Positions 13,339 to 24,700 of a DNA stretch of 64,000 nt are shown one piece after another; position 1 is the stretch's first letter; every line of letters begins with the position of its first letter. The stretch is from Mobula hypostoma (Eukaryota). Below the pieces are notes generated by a model. That model was not told the DNA's origin. It searched no databases and saw only the letters and a program-made list of their open reading frames with translations. The DNA lies in the NCBI RefSeq assembly GCF_963921235.1, contig NC_086108.1, positions 36,024,001 through 36,088,000 on the forward strand, read 5' to 3'. The position numbers were made by a program, and so were the translations under genes.

Positions 13339-14125
13339 GTGAGTAAGTAAATGCTTTTTTCTTTGGGGATTGAAAATAAAGCCCAAATTTAGTTTTTTTT
13401 AATGTAGCTGATATTTGTGTAACATCTTTAATGGTAGTTGTAGAGTATATGTGAATCAAGTAAGGAACTATTTCCTTTCCAAGTTGTATTCTCTTTCCAT
13501 TGAGTGATTTGCTTATAGTTCAGAGATGCATTTTCATTGGCCTTCTCTTAATTCATTATGATACTTGAGCAGCAGCAGAAATGATGATGCTGGCCAATAG
13601 TTAAATGCAGAGTTCGACTATCAGTCAATTATGAATTAATTTACTTGTAATTATTTGTACTTAAATTTACATGCCTTTTAAAGTTTACAAATATATGAAT
13701 TCTGTAAGTCGTTTCTTTCAATACTCCATAAGGTTATGTAGATAAAATTCTATTTTGTGTATTATGATAAATATAATATCACAAATTGCTTTCAGCACCA
13801 GTGTCAAAGCTGAATTTGCCAACTTGGTTGCAAACTGTTATCCAGATAAAATCTGTACAGCCTTCTGTGTTTTTATGATTTGTTTTGAACGAATTTAGAA
13901 CAAAGTGTAATGACTAAAAATTACTGAGCAAATTCATTCACATTTTCTCTCCTCTTTGACTCTCCATTTCCCATAGCTGGAATGGTACCACTGAATATTG
14001 TATATTTAAGTTGAAGATGTAATGTAAGGTGTTTAAATATAGATGTAATTGCAGTATCTGTTGTATTCAAATCAATTTGGATATCTTTGTTTGTAGCAGA
14101 ACAATATTTTGCTTTAATATCTCAG

Positions 14126-14272
14126 GTGTGGAAGGCATTACTGAAGGATATGCCTATTATTGCAATTCTTAAAAATTTGGGGAAGATGACTACAGATTCC
14201 ATTCTTAAGCCCGGAAGTGAAGAAGTTACCATATTGTGTGAAAGGTTAAAGGATGAGACTGTGTTAAAGAAG
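14126..14272 (+). CDS. RO60: RO60 coding exon, 147 bp
   Basis: Acceptor ctcag|GTG and donor AAG|gtatgg. Encodes [49 protein letters not shown]. Confidence 0.96.
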
Positions 14273-15782
14273 GTATGGTTCTATTTTTCAAAATCTTGCT
14301 GATCTAACCAATTCAATCTGTCTCCAATCAGATCTGAAAAAAAGAATTTCTAATTAAAGCAAGTTACTCTGTGATATTTTCCTCTGATTAAGCCATTTTG
14401 GTGTATAGAAATGCATGCATTTTTGTATTTTACAGTTGATATTCCCAGTACATGCAATATTCTTATTTTGTGGGATGTACATGAGTATCACATTACATTG
14501 CATTCCTGTTATATACATGTATTCGAAAGAACAATTGAAAAATGTTTTTTGGGTTGGCATTGTTAAACTAGTTGGTTTATGTGATATTCAAAATTGTAAC
14601 CAAGGTTTTTATTTCAGCATATCATCAGATCATCAGAACTGAAACAGATCATTTGGTCATCATCTCATTGTTTTTGTGGATCCTATTTGTATGTAGATGA
14701 GTTGCTTGCCATGTTATTCTTCTGATCCCGTCAATGTTTTAGGCATGTCTTGGAAAAAAATATAATTTGACATCTGGTTACAACATTAAGTGGTTTATTA
14801 ACATGTTTTTAATAAAACAACCATTTAATTTTAGACTTTGCAGCTTAAATGTAGTTTTTTAACTATACATTTGATTTTTTTTCATGAACTTTTGCCTTTT
14901 GAAGTGAGGATATTACTTCTGGCCATTGGGAATATATCTCTGAGCAACAATGCTAAAGAAACGCTTTCTTGGTACATCACAACAATACTTCGTCAATATG
15001 CTTTCAAATATTCATAATGTATATGAGATTTTCATATGCTATATCATTTTTTTGTGACATTGACTAAAATTGGCATTTGCCAGCAGATTTGGATGTTGCT
15101 ACAGTAGGAATCTGTTTTTGTTCTTAGTCAACCTTGATCTTGAATACAAGTACTTGTATTTCAGTGCTCAATTAGAATTGAGTTAATATTTTAGCAAAAG
15201 TGCTTTTTGCCTGTTTCTGTTGAAGGTATTGAATACTTTTTGAGGTTCTGTTACTCGTGCAGTCAATGCTGAAATCTTCCAGCAAAAGGTTATTTTTCAT
15301 TGATTCAATAAGGAACTAATCAAAGGAGTCAGCTATGGGATAAATGCACATAAACTTGATCTTATTAATATAATATCAGCAAAGATCTCAAGCTGGAATC
15401 AAGAGCAAAAACTGTTATGAATTTATTCGTTCATTTCATTTACATTCTTTAACCTGGGGAAACTTAATATAATTTTAATACTTCCCCCTGCTGCAGCCAT
15501 GAGGAAAATTAAATTTTAAATAACATATTATTTTTCTTCAAGGGAAATTGGTACTATATTTCTTTGTATACTATTGTTATTTTTTAAAATGCTTTTTGAG
15601 TATTTTCCCCCTCTTCCCACAATCCCTCCCTGAGGGCAGTGACTCCACTTAGAATACATTTTGTTTGCCCTGTCATCTCTCTTGTTAGCTTTGTCTGGAA
15701 GATCCTTATACCTGAACATACAGAGTGAATGTCTGCAAATTGACATGGCCACAATAAGCAACACAACTGAGATTAATCTCAC

Positions 15783-17108
15783 TGGTTTCAGTTTTGTCGA
15801 TTTTTTGAGTTAAATAATTTTGTTCTTTCTAGTAATATCCATTTTAATTATTTTTTTAAACCATCAATTTTGGATAAGACCCTTTTAAGTTGGAAAACCA
15901 AGGGAATAACAACCTTTTCAGATTTGTTTTTACGGGATTGTTTAATGTCTTTTTCTCAGTTAGTGGATAAATATGGTTTACCTAATGTACATTTCTTTAG
16001 ATATTTACAAATTAGGAATTTTTTACGTGGTTTGTTGCCAAATTACCTTTCTGCTTATCCACCTAATCTGACAGATGCTCTACTTCAGCTTAAACCACTT
16101 CAAAAAGGGTTGATAGCTATAATTTATCAACGGATATTGAATTTACGAGTGATATCTAACGATAAGATTAAACATGCTTGGGAATTGGAAGTTCAAGAGT
16201 CATTTTCAGATAATCAATGGAGTAAAATTCTTCATTTGGTTCATAACTCATCTATTTGTGCCCGTCATTCCTTGATACATTTCAAGGTAGTGCATTGAGC
16301 CCATATGTCAAAGGATAAACTAGCACGTATTTTTGCCAACATCAATCCTATTGTGACAGATGTAATAGTGAGGTGACCATTTTAACTCGTATATTTTGGT
16401 GTTATATAAAGCTAGACAATTTTTGGAGAGATGATTTTAAAACATTATCATAAGTCTTGGATCTGGACCTACAACCTAATTTACTTACAGCAATATTTGG
16501 GATTACCCCATCGAAACCAGGAAATATTCCTGTTTCTGCTCAACATATGATAGCCTTTTCAACTTTATTGGCTAGGAGAGCCATTTTACTGAAGTGGAAG
16601 GATTGTAATCCACCTACTGCCTTTTATTGGCTTTCCTCCATTAGGTCCTGTTTAAGTTTAGAGAAAATAAGAAGTCGGACATCTGATACATCCGTTAAAT
16701 TTAAGCAAATCTGGCGACCTTTTATTCAATATTTTCATTTAATTTGATTTATTACTCTTCCAATTTATTTTTTTCAAAGTTTTAGATTTGATCAGAAAGT
16801 CTTTTTTTTGGTTGTATCCTCAGAATGGACTGCCCAGTCCCCCTTTTTTTGTATAGTGTAGTGGGGGTCTTTTTTCCTTAATTTAAAATTCGAAGTTTTT
16901 TTTCTTTCCTCTTCATGAACTGATAAGAGGACAATTGCTGTTTTCTTTTTTATTATATATTATATACTAACTTATAATACTTATACTATGTATGATTTTG
17001 ATAATCTATTTCAATCTCTAATTGTATTGTTATTGATATATATATTTGAGATAATTCTCCTCTTGTATTTATGTTCCTTTTAAATCAATAAAAAGATTAA
17101 TAAAGAAA
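15783..17108 (+). mobile_element. 5'-truncated L1 family B copy with 14-bp TSD
   Basis: TSD gagattaa(t/c)ctcac at 15769-15782 and 17109-17122. ORFs 15870-16298 and 16457-16747 are close homologues of the L1-B ORF2 C-terminus (WRPFIQYFHLI). Confidence 0.93.
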
Positions 17109-18029
17109 GAGATTAACCTCACATTTGCTTGGCATCCACAAGCCTGCAGCCATATAAGTAGCTGTCAGAATATTACCCAAATCTATATCAAACATGGATA
17201 TATTTAATCTGATCTCTATAACTCCATACCATGTTAGGTAATTGTTTCATCCACAAAGCCAGCAAGGTGATCATTTAATATTCAATGTTCCTTACTATCA
17301 ATGTTCCTTAAAAATTTAAATAAAGTATGAAAACATTGGGTATAGTAAGTGGGTCAGGAAGAGTAAAGTTAAAAGTAAATTTATTATCAAAGCACATATA
17401 GGTCATTATGTACAACCCTGAGATTAATTTTCTTTTGGGCATACTCAATAAATCATAACCATAACAGAATCAATGAAAGACTATTCATATATATGGAGAG
17501 AGAGATACAGAATTAATGCTTCAGATCAATGATTGTTTATAAGAACTTGAAAAGTGAGAGAATGAGTGTATTTTATGTTGCAGAGAGGGGAAAAGAATGG
17601 GGGAAGAATGGGGTTTGATGGTCTGAAGAACAAGAACAAGATTCTCTTGATAACATAGTTGCTTTCAATGCCACTTAAAAAAGGGATCTGAATGGAAAAG
17701 TGTAAGTAAGAGATGATAGAGAAATCATTTAGAGGGAGGGGGAGAAAACAACAACGACTTCTGAGTGCAGAATAAGCAATTGCTACCAATATGAAATAAG
17801 ATGACCCTCAAAATACTCAGCAGATCAGGTATCATTTGTGGAAAGAGAAAAGCTATTTTAATGTGCATAGATGAAATCTGAGACCTGCGAGGCCCTGGTT
17901 ATAAGGCAAGATTGTCCACACTCGATCTTTATCCCTTGGAGCATAGGAGAATGCAAGGTAACCTCAACAGAAGCTTTTAAAATCATGAGGGGTATGGATG
18001 AGGTAGATGGTCATGGATGAGTTGGGGAA

Positions 18030-19390
18030 ACATAGAAAACCTACAGCACAATACAGGCCTTTCGGCCCACAATGCAGTGCCGAAATGTGCTTAATTTAGA
18101 AATTACCTAGGGTTACCGCCCCCTATTTTTCTAAGCTCCGTGTACCTATCCAGGAGTCCTTTAAAAGACCCTATTGTATCCGGCTCCACCACTGTCACTG
18201 GCAGCCCATTCCACACACTCACCACTCTTTGTATAAAAAACACCCTTGACATCCCCCCGTACCTACTTCCATGCCCCTTAAAACTGTGCCCTCTCGTGTT
18301 AGCAATTTCAGCCCTGGGGAAAAAGCCTCTGACTATCCACACAATCAATGCCTCTCATCATCTTATACACCTCTATCAGGTCACCTCTCACTCTCTGTCA
18401 CTCCAAGGAGAAAAGGCCAAGTTCACTCAACCTATTCTCATAAAGCATGCTCCCTAATCCAGGCAACATCCTTGTAAATCTGCTGTGCACCCTTTCTATA
18501 GTTTCCACATCCTTCCTGTAGTGAGATGACCAGGACTGAGCACAGTACTCTAAGTGGGGTCTGAGCAGGGTACTATATAGCTGTAACATTACCTCTTGGC
18601 TCTTGAACTCGATCCCATGGTTAATGAAGGCCAATGCACCGTATGCTTCTTAACCAGACAGTCAAATTGTGCAACAGCTTTGAGTGTCCTATAGACTTGG
18701 ACCCCAAGATCCCTCTCTGAATCTCCACACTGCCAAGTGTCTTACCTTTAATACTATATTCTGTTATCATATTTGACCTACCGAAATGAACCACCTCACA
18801 CTTATCTGGGTTGAACTCCATCTGCCACTTCTCAGTCCAGTTTTGCATCCCATCAATGTCCTGCTGTAACCTCTGACAGCCCTCCACACTATCCACAACA
18901 GCCCCAACCTTTGTGTCATCAGCAAATTTACTAACCCATCCCTTCACTTCCTCATCCAGGTCACTAATAAAAATCACAAAGAGAAGGGGTCCCAGAACAG
19001 ATCCCTGAGGCACATCACTAGTCACCAACCTCCATGCAGACTATGACTTGTCTACAACCACTCTTTGCCTTCTGTGGGCAAGCCAATTCTGGATCAACAG
19101 AACAAGTTCCCCTTGGATCCCATGCCTCCTTACTTTCTCAATAAGCCTTGCATGGGGTACCTTATCAAATGTCTTGCTGAACTCCATATACACTACATCT
19201 ACTGCTCTATCTTCATCAATGTGTTTAGTCACATCCTGAAAAAAGTTCAATCAGACTCGTAAGGCATGACCTGCCTTTGACAAAGCCATGCTGACTATTC
19301 CTAATCATATTATGCCTCTAAATGTTCATGAATCCTGCCTCTCAGGATCTTCTCCATCAACTTACCAACCACTGAAGTAAGACTCACTGG
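18030..19390 (-). mobile_element. CR1 LINE 3' part (RT domain), decayed
   Basis: VDVVYMEFSKTFDKVPH, VPQGSVLGPLLF, SKFADDTK, RPHLEYCAQSW, followed by a CR1-type 3' tail. Confidence 0.92.
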
Positions 19391-20163
19391 GGAGACCAAA
19401 ACTAGAGGGTTCTGAAATAAAAGGGGAGCAATTTAAAAGAGAACTGTGAGTTAACTTCTTTACACAGAGGGTATTAAGTATGCACAACGAGCTGTCAAAG
19501 GAAGTGGTTGATATGGGTACAATTGCAACATTTAAGAGGATAGTTACATCGAGGGGAGGGGCTTGGAGAGCTACGTGCTGAACGTGGCCAACTGGGACTA
19601 TCAGGAAGGATGTTGTTGTCAGCATGGACTAGTTGGGCTGAAGGTACTGTTTCCATGCTATATTACTCTGACTCAATGATCTGCATCAGAACTGGTCAGT
19701 TCTGGGGCTCTAAGCATCAATGATTGTAATTCTCCATCTATTTCCACACTGGCATGTGTCTTCAGCCTTCTACACTATTCCAACAATGTGTCCAAAGTAT
19801 GGTGAAGAAACAGAACCTCATTTTCTATTGACACATTAGCTAATGTAGCCAGGGGATGAGAATATTATACTGCATGAAAATTAGACCAGAGTCATATCAT
19901 AGTTCATTTGTGGTAGTCTACAGTCAAATATTCCATTGATCCTGATTGTTGAAGTGTATATACACTATGAACACTGATCCCTGGAGTGAAATATTGGGTA
20001 CGGTACAACTCGAAAACCATACCTGAATATGAGTGGTATTCAATCCAGAAAAAATTACAAGAGATTTGAGAAAAATGTTGGACAGAGAAAAACTGCACAG
20101 TGTAGTTCTGAACTCTTTCAAGGACATATTCTTGTCAATAATCTATTGTCCTTTGACTTCCAG

Positions 20164-20301
20164 GCTCAAATTCATCCATTTCACATTTTGGTGGCTCTTG
20201 AAACATACAAAACAGGAAAAGGAAACCGGGGAAAATTAAAGTGGATCCCCAATTCAGATATTTTGGTGGCACTAAATCAGGCATTTTATAAATCTTTTAA
20301 G
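20164..20301 (+). CDS. RO60: RO60 coding exon, 138 bp
   Basis: Acceptor ttccag|GCT and donor AAG|gtaata. Encodes [46 protein letters not shown]. Confidence 0.96.
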
Positions 20302-20388
20302 GTAATAATAAATTGTCATATCCCAACTCTCAAGACAATCATATTTTGTGAAATAGTAATTATTGAATTATTTTGTTGGTTTTTACAG

Positions 20389-20508
20389 AATATAGAGCCA
20401 ACAGGGAAGCACTTTGTATTGGCTTTGGATGTAAGCTCTTCAATGCGTAGCCAGGTTCTAGGATGCAGAGCTCTTTGTGCCTACAGTGTTGCAGCAGTTA
20501 TGTCAATG
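20389..20508 (+). CDS. RO60: RO60 coding exon (start of vWA domain, MIDAS DxSxS), 120 bp
   Basis: Acceptor ttttacag|AAT and donor ATG|gtaaga. Encodes [40 protein letters not shown]. Confidence 0.96.
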
Positions 20509-21436
20509 GTAAGAGTGTTTCACAGACGAAATCTTGTTTTTGTGATTTATAAATTTTTGTTCATGTTTATGGAGTTTTTTCACTATAAACTTTTACAGTA
20601 ACTCTTATTTTCTCCCGCATTGGAATAAAGTTTAAAGTATTGTTCAAAATACATAGCAGTGAGAATTCCTACATAATTCCTAACTTTATAATTTACAGTC
20701 TGTTTTGGAAGAGATAATCCTACTTCCATTTTCTTTATTTTTAATATGGTTTGAGGAAAATAGAAATAGTGGCCTTGACATAGGCAGATCCATTCTCTTA
20801 AATTTCTGTCATTTAGCCAGCTACATGGTGCTGCTCAGTCATTGCTTTCTCTTGACGTTTCCTTAGCTCATCTTGGGAAACATTTGTCCCAGCCCATAAA
20901 TCAGGAGAAACTGAAGAGATTAGGCACGCGTGAGAAGTGGTGGTCCACAAATCTTAAGCAGTATCTGCTTCCAGGAAATGTGTAGTACTGTCCTCCTGAT
21001 ATCTGTCTTCCAAATTTGAGAGAGGGATTGGGCTGAAGCATTGACTGGTCTTTGCAATCAATGACAAAGCAATGGTGCTAGCTGCTGATTTGTCCTGGCC
21101 AGCAGCAACAGAAGAGTTTCAATCCTCTATTCTTGAAAGCCCAATTCTAATTTTTAAATTATATTCGCTTCCAATGGAATTACTTTCAGTCCACATTATT
21201 GTTTTCCTATCAATCGAATCACTCCTTAAATCATCCAAGTTTCAGAGAAAACAGGTTGAATTTGTGTATTATGTCCTCAGAATTAAACCCTTTGAATTGA
21301 AGCTAATGTGATAAGAAGACAGAAAGATATTTTTTAAATGGTGTGAGATTGAAAGTGTCTGTGTTCTTACCTGTTGACACCTATTAACACAAATTGCTGA
21401 AAATTAATGTTCAGGTATAACAGGGAATTTGTTTTC

Positions 21437-21738
21437 TTTTTTTTTGCGTGTGCCTGCATGCGTGTGAGTCTGCGTGTGTCTATCTGTGCGTACGTCCATG
21501 ATGATGTCTTTTTCATGGCTTTTTTACAAGGCGCGAGAGAGAGAGAGTGTGTGATACACCACTCCTCACACAGACATTTTCGCAGTATTTTCCCTTTATT
21601 TTACAAGGTTGAGTTGTGATCTTGACACTCAACCTGGCACGGATGGGAAGCGTACTCGGGAGCAGACTCGACTGGTTTTGAACCCGGGAACTTCCGCTCC
21701 CAGGTCCGGCGCCGATGTCGTTGCGCCACCAGCCGGCC
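21437..21738 (-). mobile_element. tRNA-derived SINE with degenerate 16-bp TSD
   Basis: Minus-strand head GGCCGGCTGGTGGCGCAACG...GGTTCAAAACC (A-box-like and B box) and an A-rich tail. Flanks are cagggaatttgttttc (21421-21436) and cagggagctcgttttc (21739-21754). Confidence 0.8.
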
Positions 21739-21748
21739 CAGGGAGCTC

Positions 21749-24700
21749 GTTTTCAAATGTTTTTATTGTGAAGCAACATCAGTTTAATCACAACCGGCAA
21801 TGTCCTAAAGTACAATCCTTTTTTCTTTTCTTTCTTATAACAACATAATGAAAGTCAAATGAATGTATGTATAGTAAACAAGTAAAAAGCAAAGGAAACC
21901 CTACCACCCCGTCTCCTTTCCCCTTCCCAGCCCTACCCTCCCCTCACCTCTCCTGTATGTGCTGTTTAGGTCCTACCACCCCCCCCCCGCCCCTTAGTTC
22001 AGCTGTCAGTCTCTTCTAAGTACAACAGTAATGGTTGCCAGATTTTTTCAAATTCCTTGAGTGTGTCCTTGATAACGTATCTTATCCTCTCTAGATGCAG
22101 AGTATCCACTAATGCAGCCAGCCATTGTCTGAGTGATGGAGTTTCCTCCTTTTTCCAGAACATCAGTATGAGTTTCTTTCCATTAAGTATGCCATAGGTC
22201 AGGAGTTGTTGCTGGGTAGCCTGGAATTTATTTGACCTCGCATAAGTTCCAAAAATTATTAAAATGGGATCTGGTATTAATCTGAACCTTCAGTACCTTC
22301 GATAGGAACTCAAAGATTTGCTTCTAATACTCTTGTGTCCTGGGACATAAAGCATAACTATGTAACAAATTTGCCTTCGAGGACTTGCATTTCTCACACA
22401 TTGGGGACACCTCTGGGAACGTTCTATGAATCCTTACTTTTGAGTAATGTAGTCTATGTAGGATTTTAAATTGTATTGAACAATGCCTGGCATTGATGGA
22501 ACAGGAGTTAATATACTCTAAAGCCTCATTCCATATAACCTACTCTAACTCTGTACCCAACTCCTTTTCCTACTCTTTTTTAATATTATCCATTGTTGTA
22601 TGACACTTGTTTTGTGTGGCATCATACAGATAGGCGATGATGTGTTCTATCCCTAAACATGATCTTAAATGATTATCTAATTTATCAGGTTCTGCCGTCT
22701 CAAAACCAGAAAGATGTGATCTTAGCTGGAGGTACCTGAAAAAATGACTCTCTTGCAATCTGAATTTGTCCTGGAGCTGCCGAAATGATGCAAATATCCC
22801 TTGTATGTATAAGTCTCCAATGCTGCATATCCCTAATTCTTGCCATGCATCAAAGGCCCCATCTATACATGAGGGGATAAAAGAAGGGTTCTCTAATATA
22901 GGTACAAGAAAAGATAATGTTCTGAGTTTCAAATGCTTCCCCATTTGTCTCCACATCTGTATGGCGCTATGGATAATGGGATTGTCTCTATAACAGGCTT
23001 TATTTAACCGAATAGGGGACATAATGATTGCCCCTATGGAATATGGTAGGCAATCCTCACGCTCCCTTTTTTTGGCTCTTCTCCATTATGTCCTGTGTAA
23101 GTTTAGAGAAAATAAAAAGTCGGATATTTGATACATCCTTTAAATTTGAGCAAATCTGGCGGCCTTTTATCCAATATTTTCATTTAATTTGATTTACTAC
23201 TCTTCCAATCTTTTTTTTCGAAGTTTTAGATTTGATCAGAAAGTCTTCCTTTCTTTTTTTTGGTCGTATCCTCAAAATGGACTGCGCAGTCTCTTTTTTT
23301 TTGTTTATTTTTAATATAGTGTAATGAGTTTTTTTTTCTCTCCATTTAAAACTCTATCTTTTTTCTTTCCTCTTCATGGACTGATGAGAGGAGAATTGCT
23401 GTTTTCATTTTTTTAATTATATATTTTATACTAGCTTAACAATATGTATGATTTTGACAATGTGTAATCTTGGTTTGTATTGTTATTGATATATATATAT
23501 TTGAGATAATTCTCCTCTTGATTGTATTTATGTTCCTTTTAAATCAACAAAAAGATTAATAATCCTCACGCTCCATCTCCAACCATCCAGGAAGTACAAC
23601 TGTCTCATCTATCCAGTATGCTATATGGCTAACATTAGCAGCCCAGTAATAAAAAGTAAAGTTGGGTAGTGCCAGCCCCCCACTAGTCTTATTCTTGCAG
23701 AGGTGTTCTTTCTTAATTTGATGGGGTTTATAATTCCACATAAAAGGTAGAATTATCAAATCTAATCCTTTAATAAATGTTTTGGTAAGATAGAGGGGCA
23801 GGTTCTGAAATAGATAGAGCCGTTGGGGAAGAAAGATCATCTTGACTGCATTTACTCTACCCACTAAAGAAATTGGGAGTGTCTTCCACAGTTCTATTTT
23901 CTTTTTAATCTTTTCAATGAGAGGGATAAAATTTGCTTCAAGTGGAGAACTATACTTTTTGGTTATTGCAATTCCAACGTAAGTAAACTTCTCAAGGGTT
24001 ATTTTGGATAGAAATTATTTAAGCCCCTCCTGTTCTTGTACTCGGACCAGAAATAATTCACTTTTCCCCCAATTAATCGATACCCTGAGGAAGTGCCAAT
24101 TAAATTGACTATTTCCAGCAAAACTGGAATAGTAATACATGGTTTCGTTACAAACAACATATCATCGTCCACATAAAGGGAAATTTTGTTAATAGTATAT
24201 TCTGTATTGTACCCATAAATTTCGGGGTGAGAAGGTATAGTCTCCACCAGTGGTTCCAGGGCCAAGGCAAACAATAAGGGACTTAATGCACAGCCCTGTC
24301 TTGTGCCCCTGTGCAAACTGAATGGTTCTGAGAGGGTCTGATTAGTTAGTATTTTAGCACTAGGGTTACTGTACTAGGGTTACTGCCTAATCCAAGTTAT
24401 AACTTTGTCTCCCATTCCAAATTTTTTCAAAACCTCGTGGAGGTATTGCCATTCTACTTGGTCGAATGCTTTCTCAGCATTTTAACTTAAGGTCTTCCTT
24501 AGGATGTCTTGGGGAATGCATTATATTAAGAAGGTGCCTGATGTTATGGAAAGAATTCCTTTTAGGGATAAACCCTGTTTGATCTGAATGTACCAATTTA
24601 TTTATCTGCTGACTGAGTCTCCTTGCCAGCGTTTTAGCCAAAATTTTCTGATCTGAACTTAGCAGTGAAATCGGCCTATAAGATCCTACCTCCTCTGGGT

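Noticed and set aside
20029..20601. 190-aa ORF as a standalone gene
   Set aside because: It consists of two RO60 exons plus intron readthrough.
21660..21738. tRNA gene
   Set aside because: It has Pol III box-like motifs but no closed acceptor stem or terminator, and it continues into a SINE body with an A-tail and TSD.
24360..24385. tagggtta repeats resembling telomeric sequence
   Set aside because: This is a small local duplication inside L1-D ORF2, not a (TTAGGG)n array.
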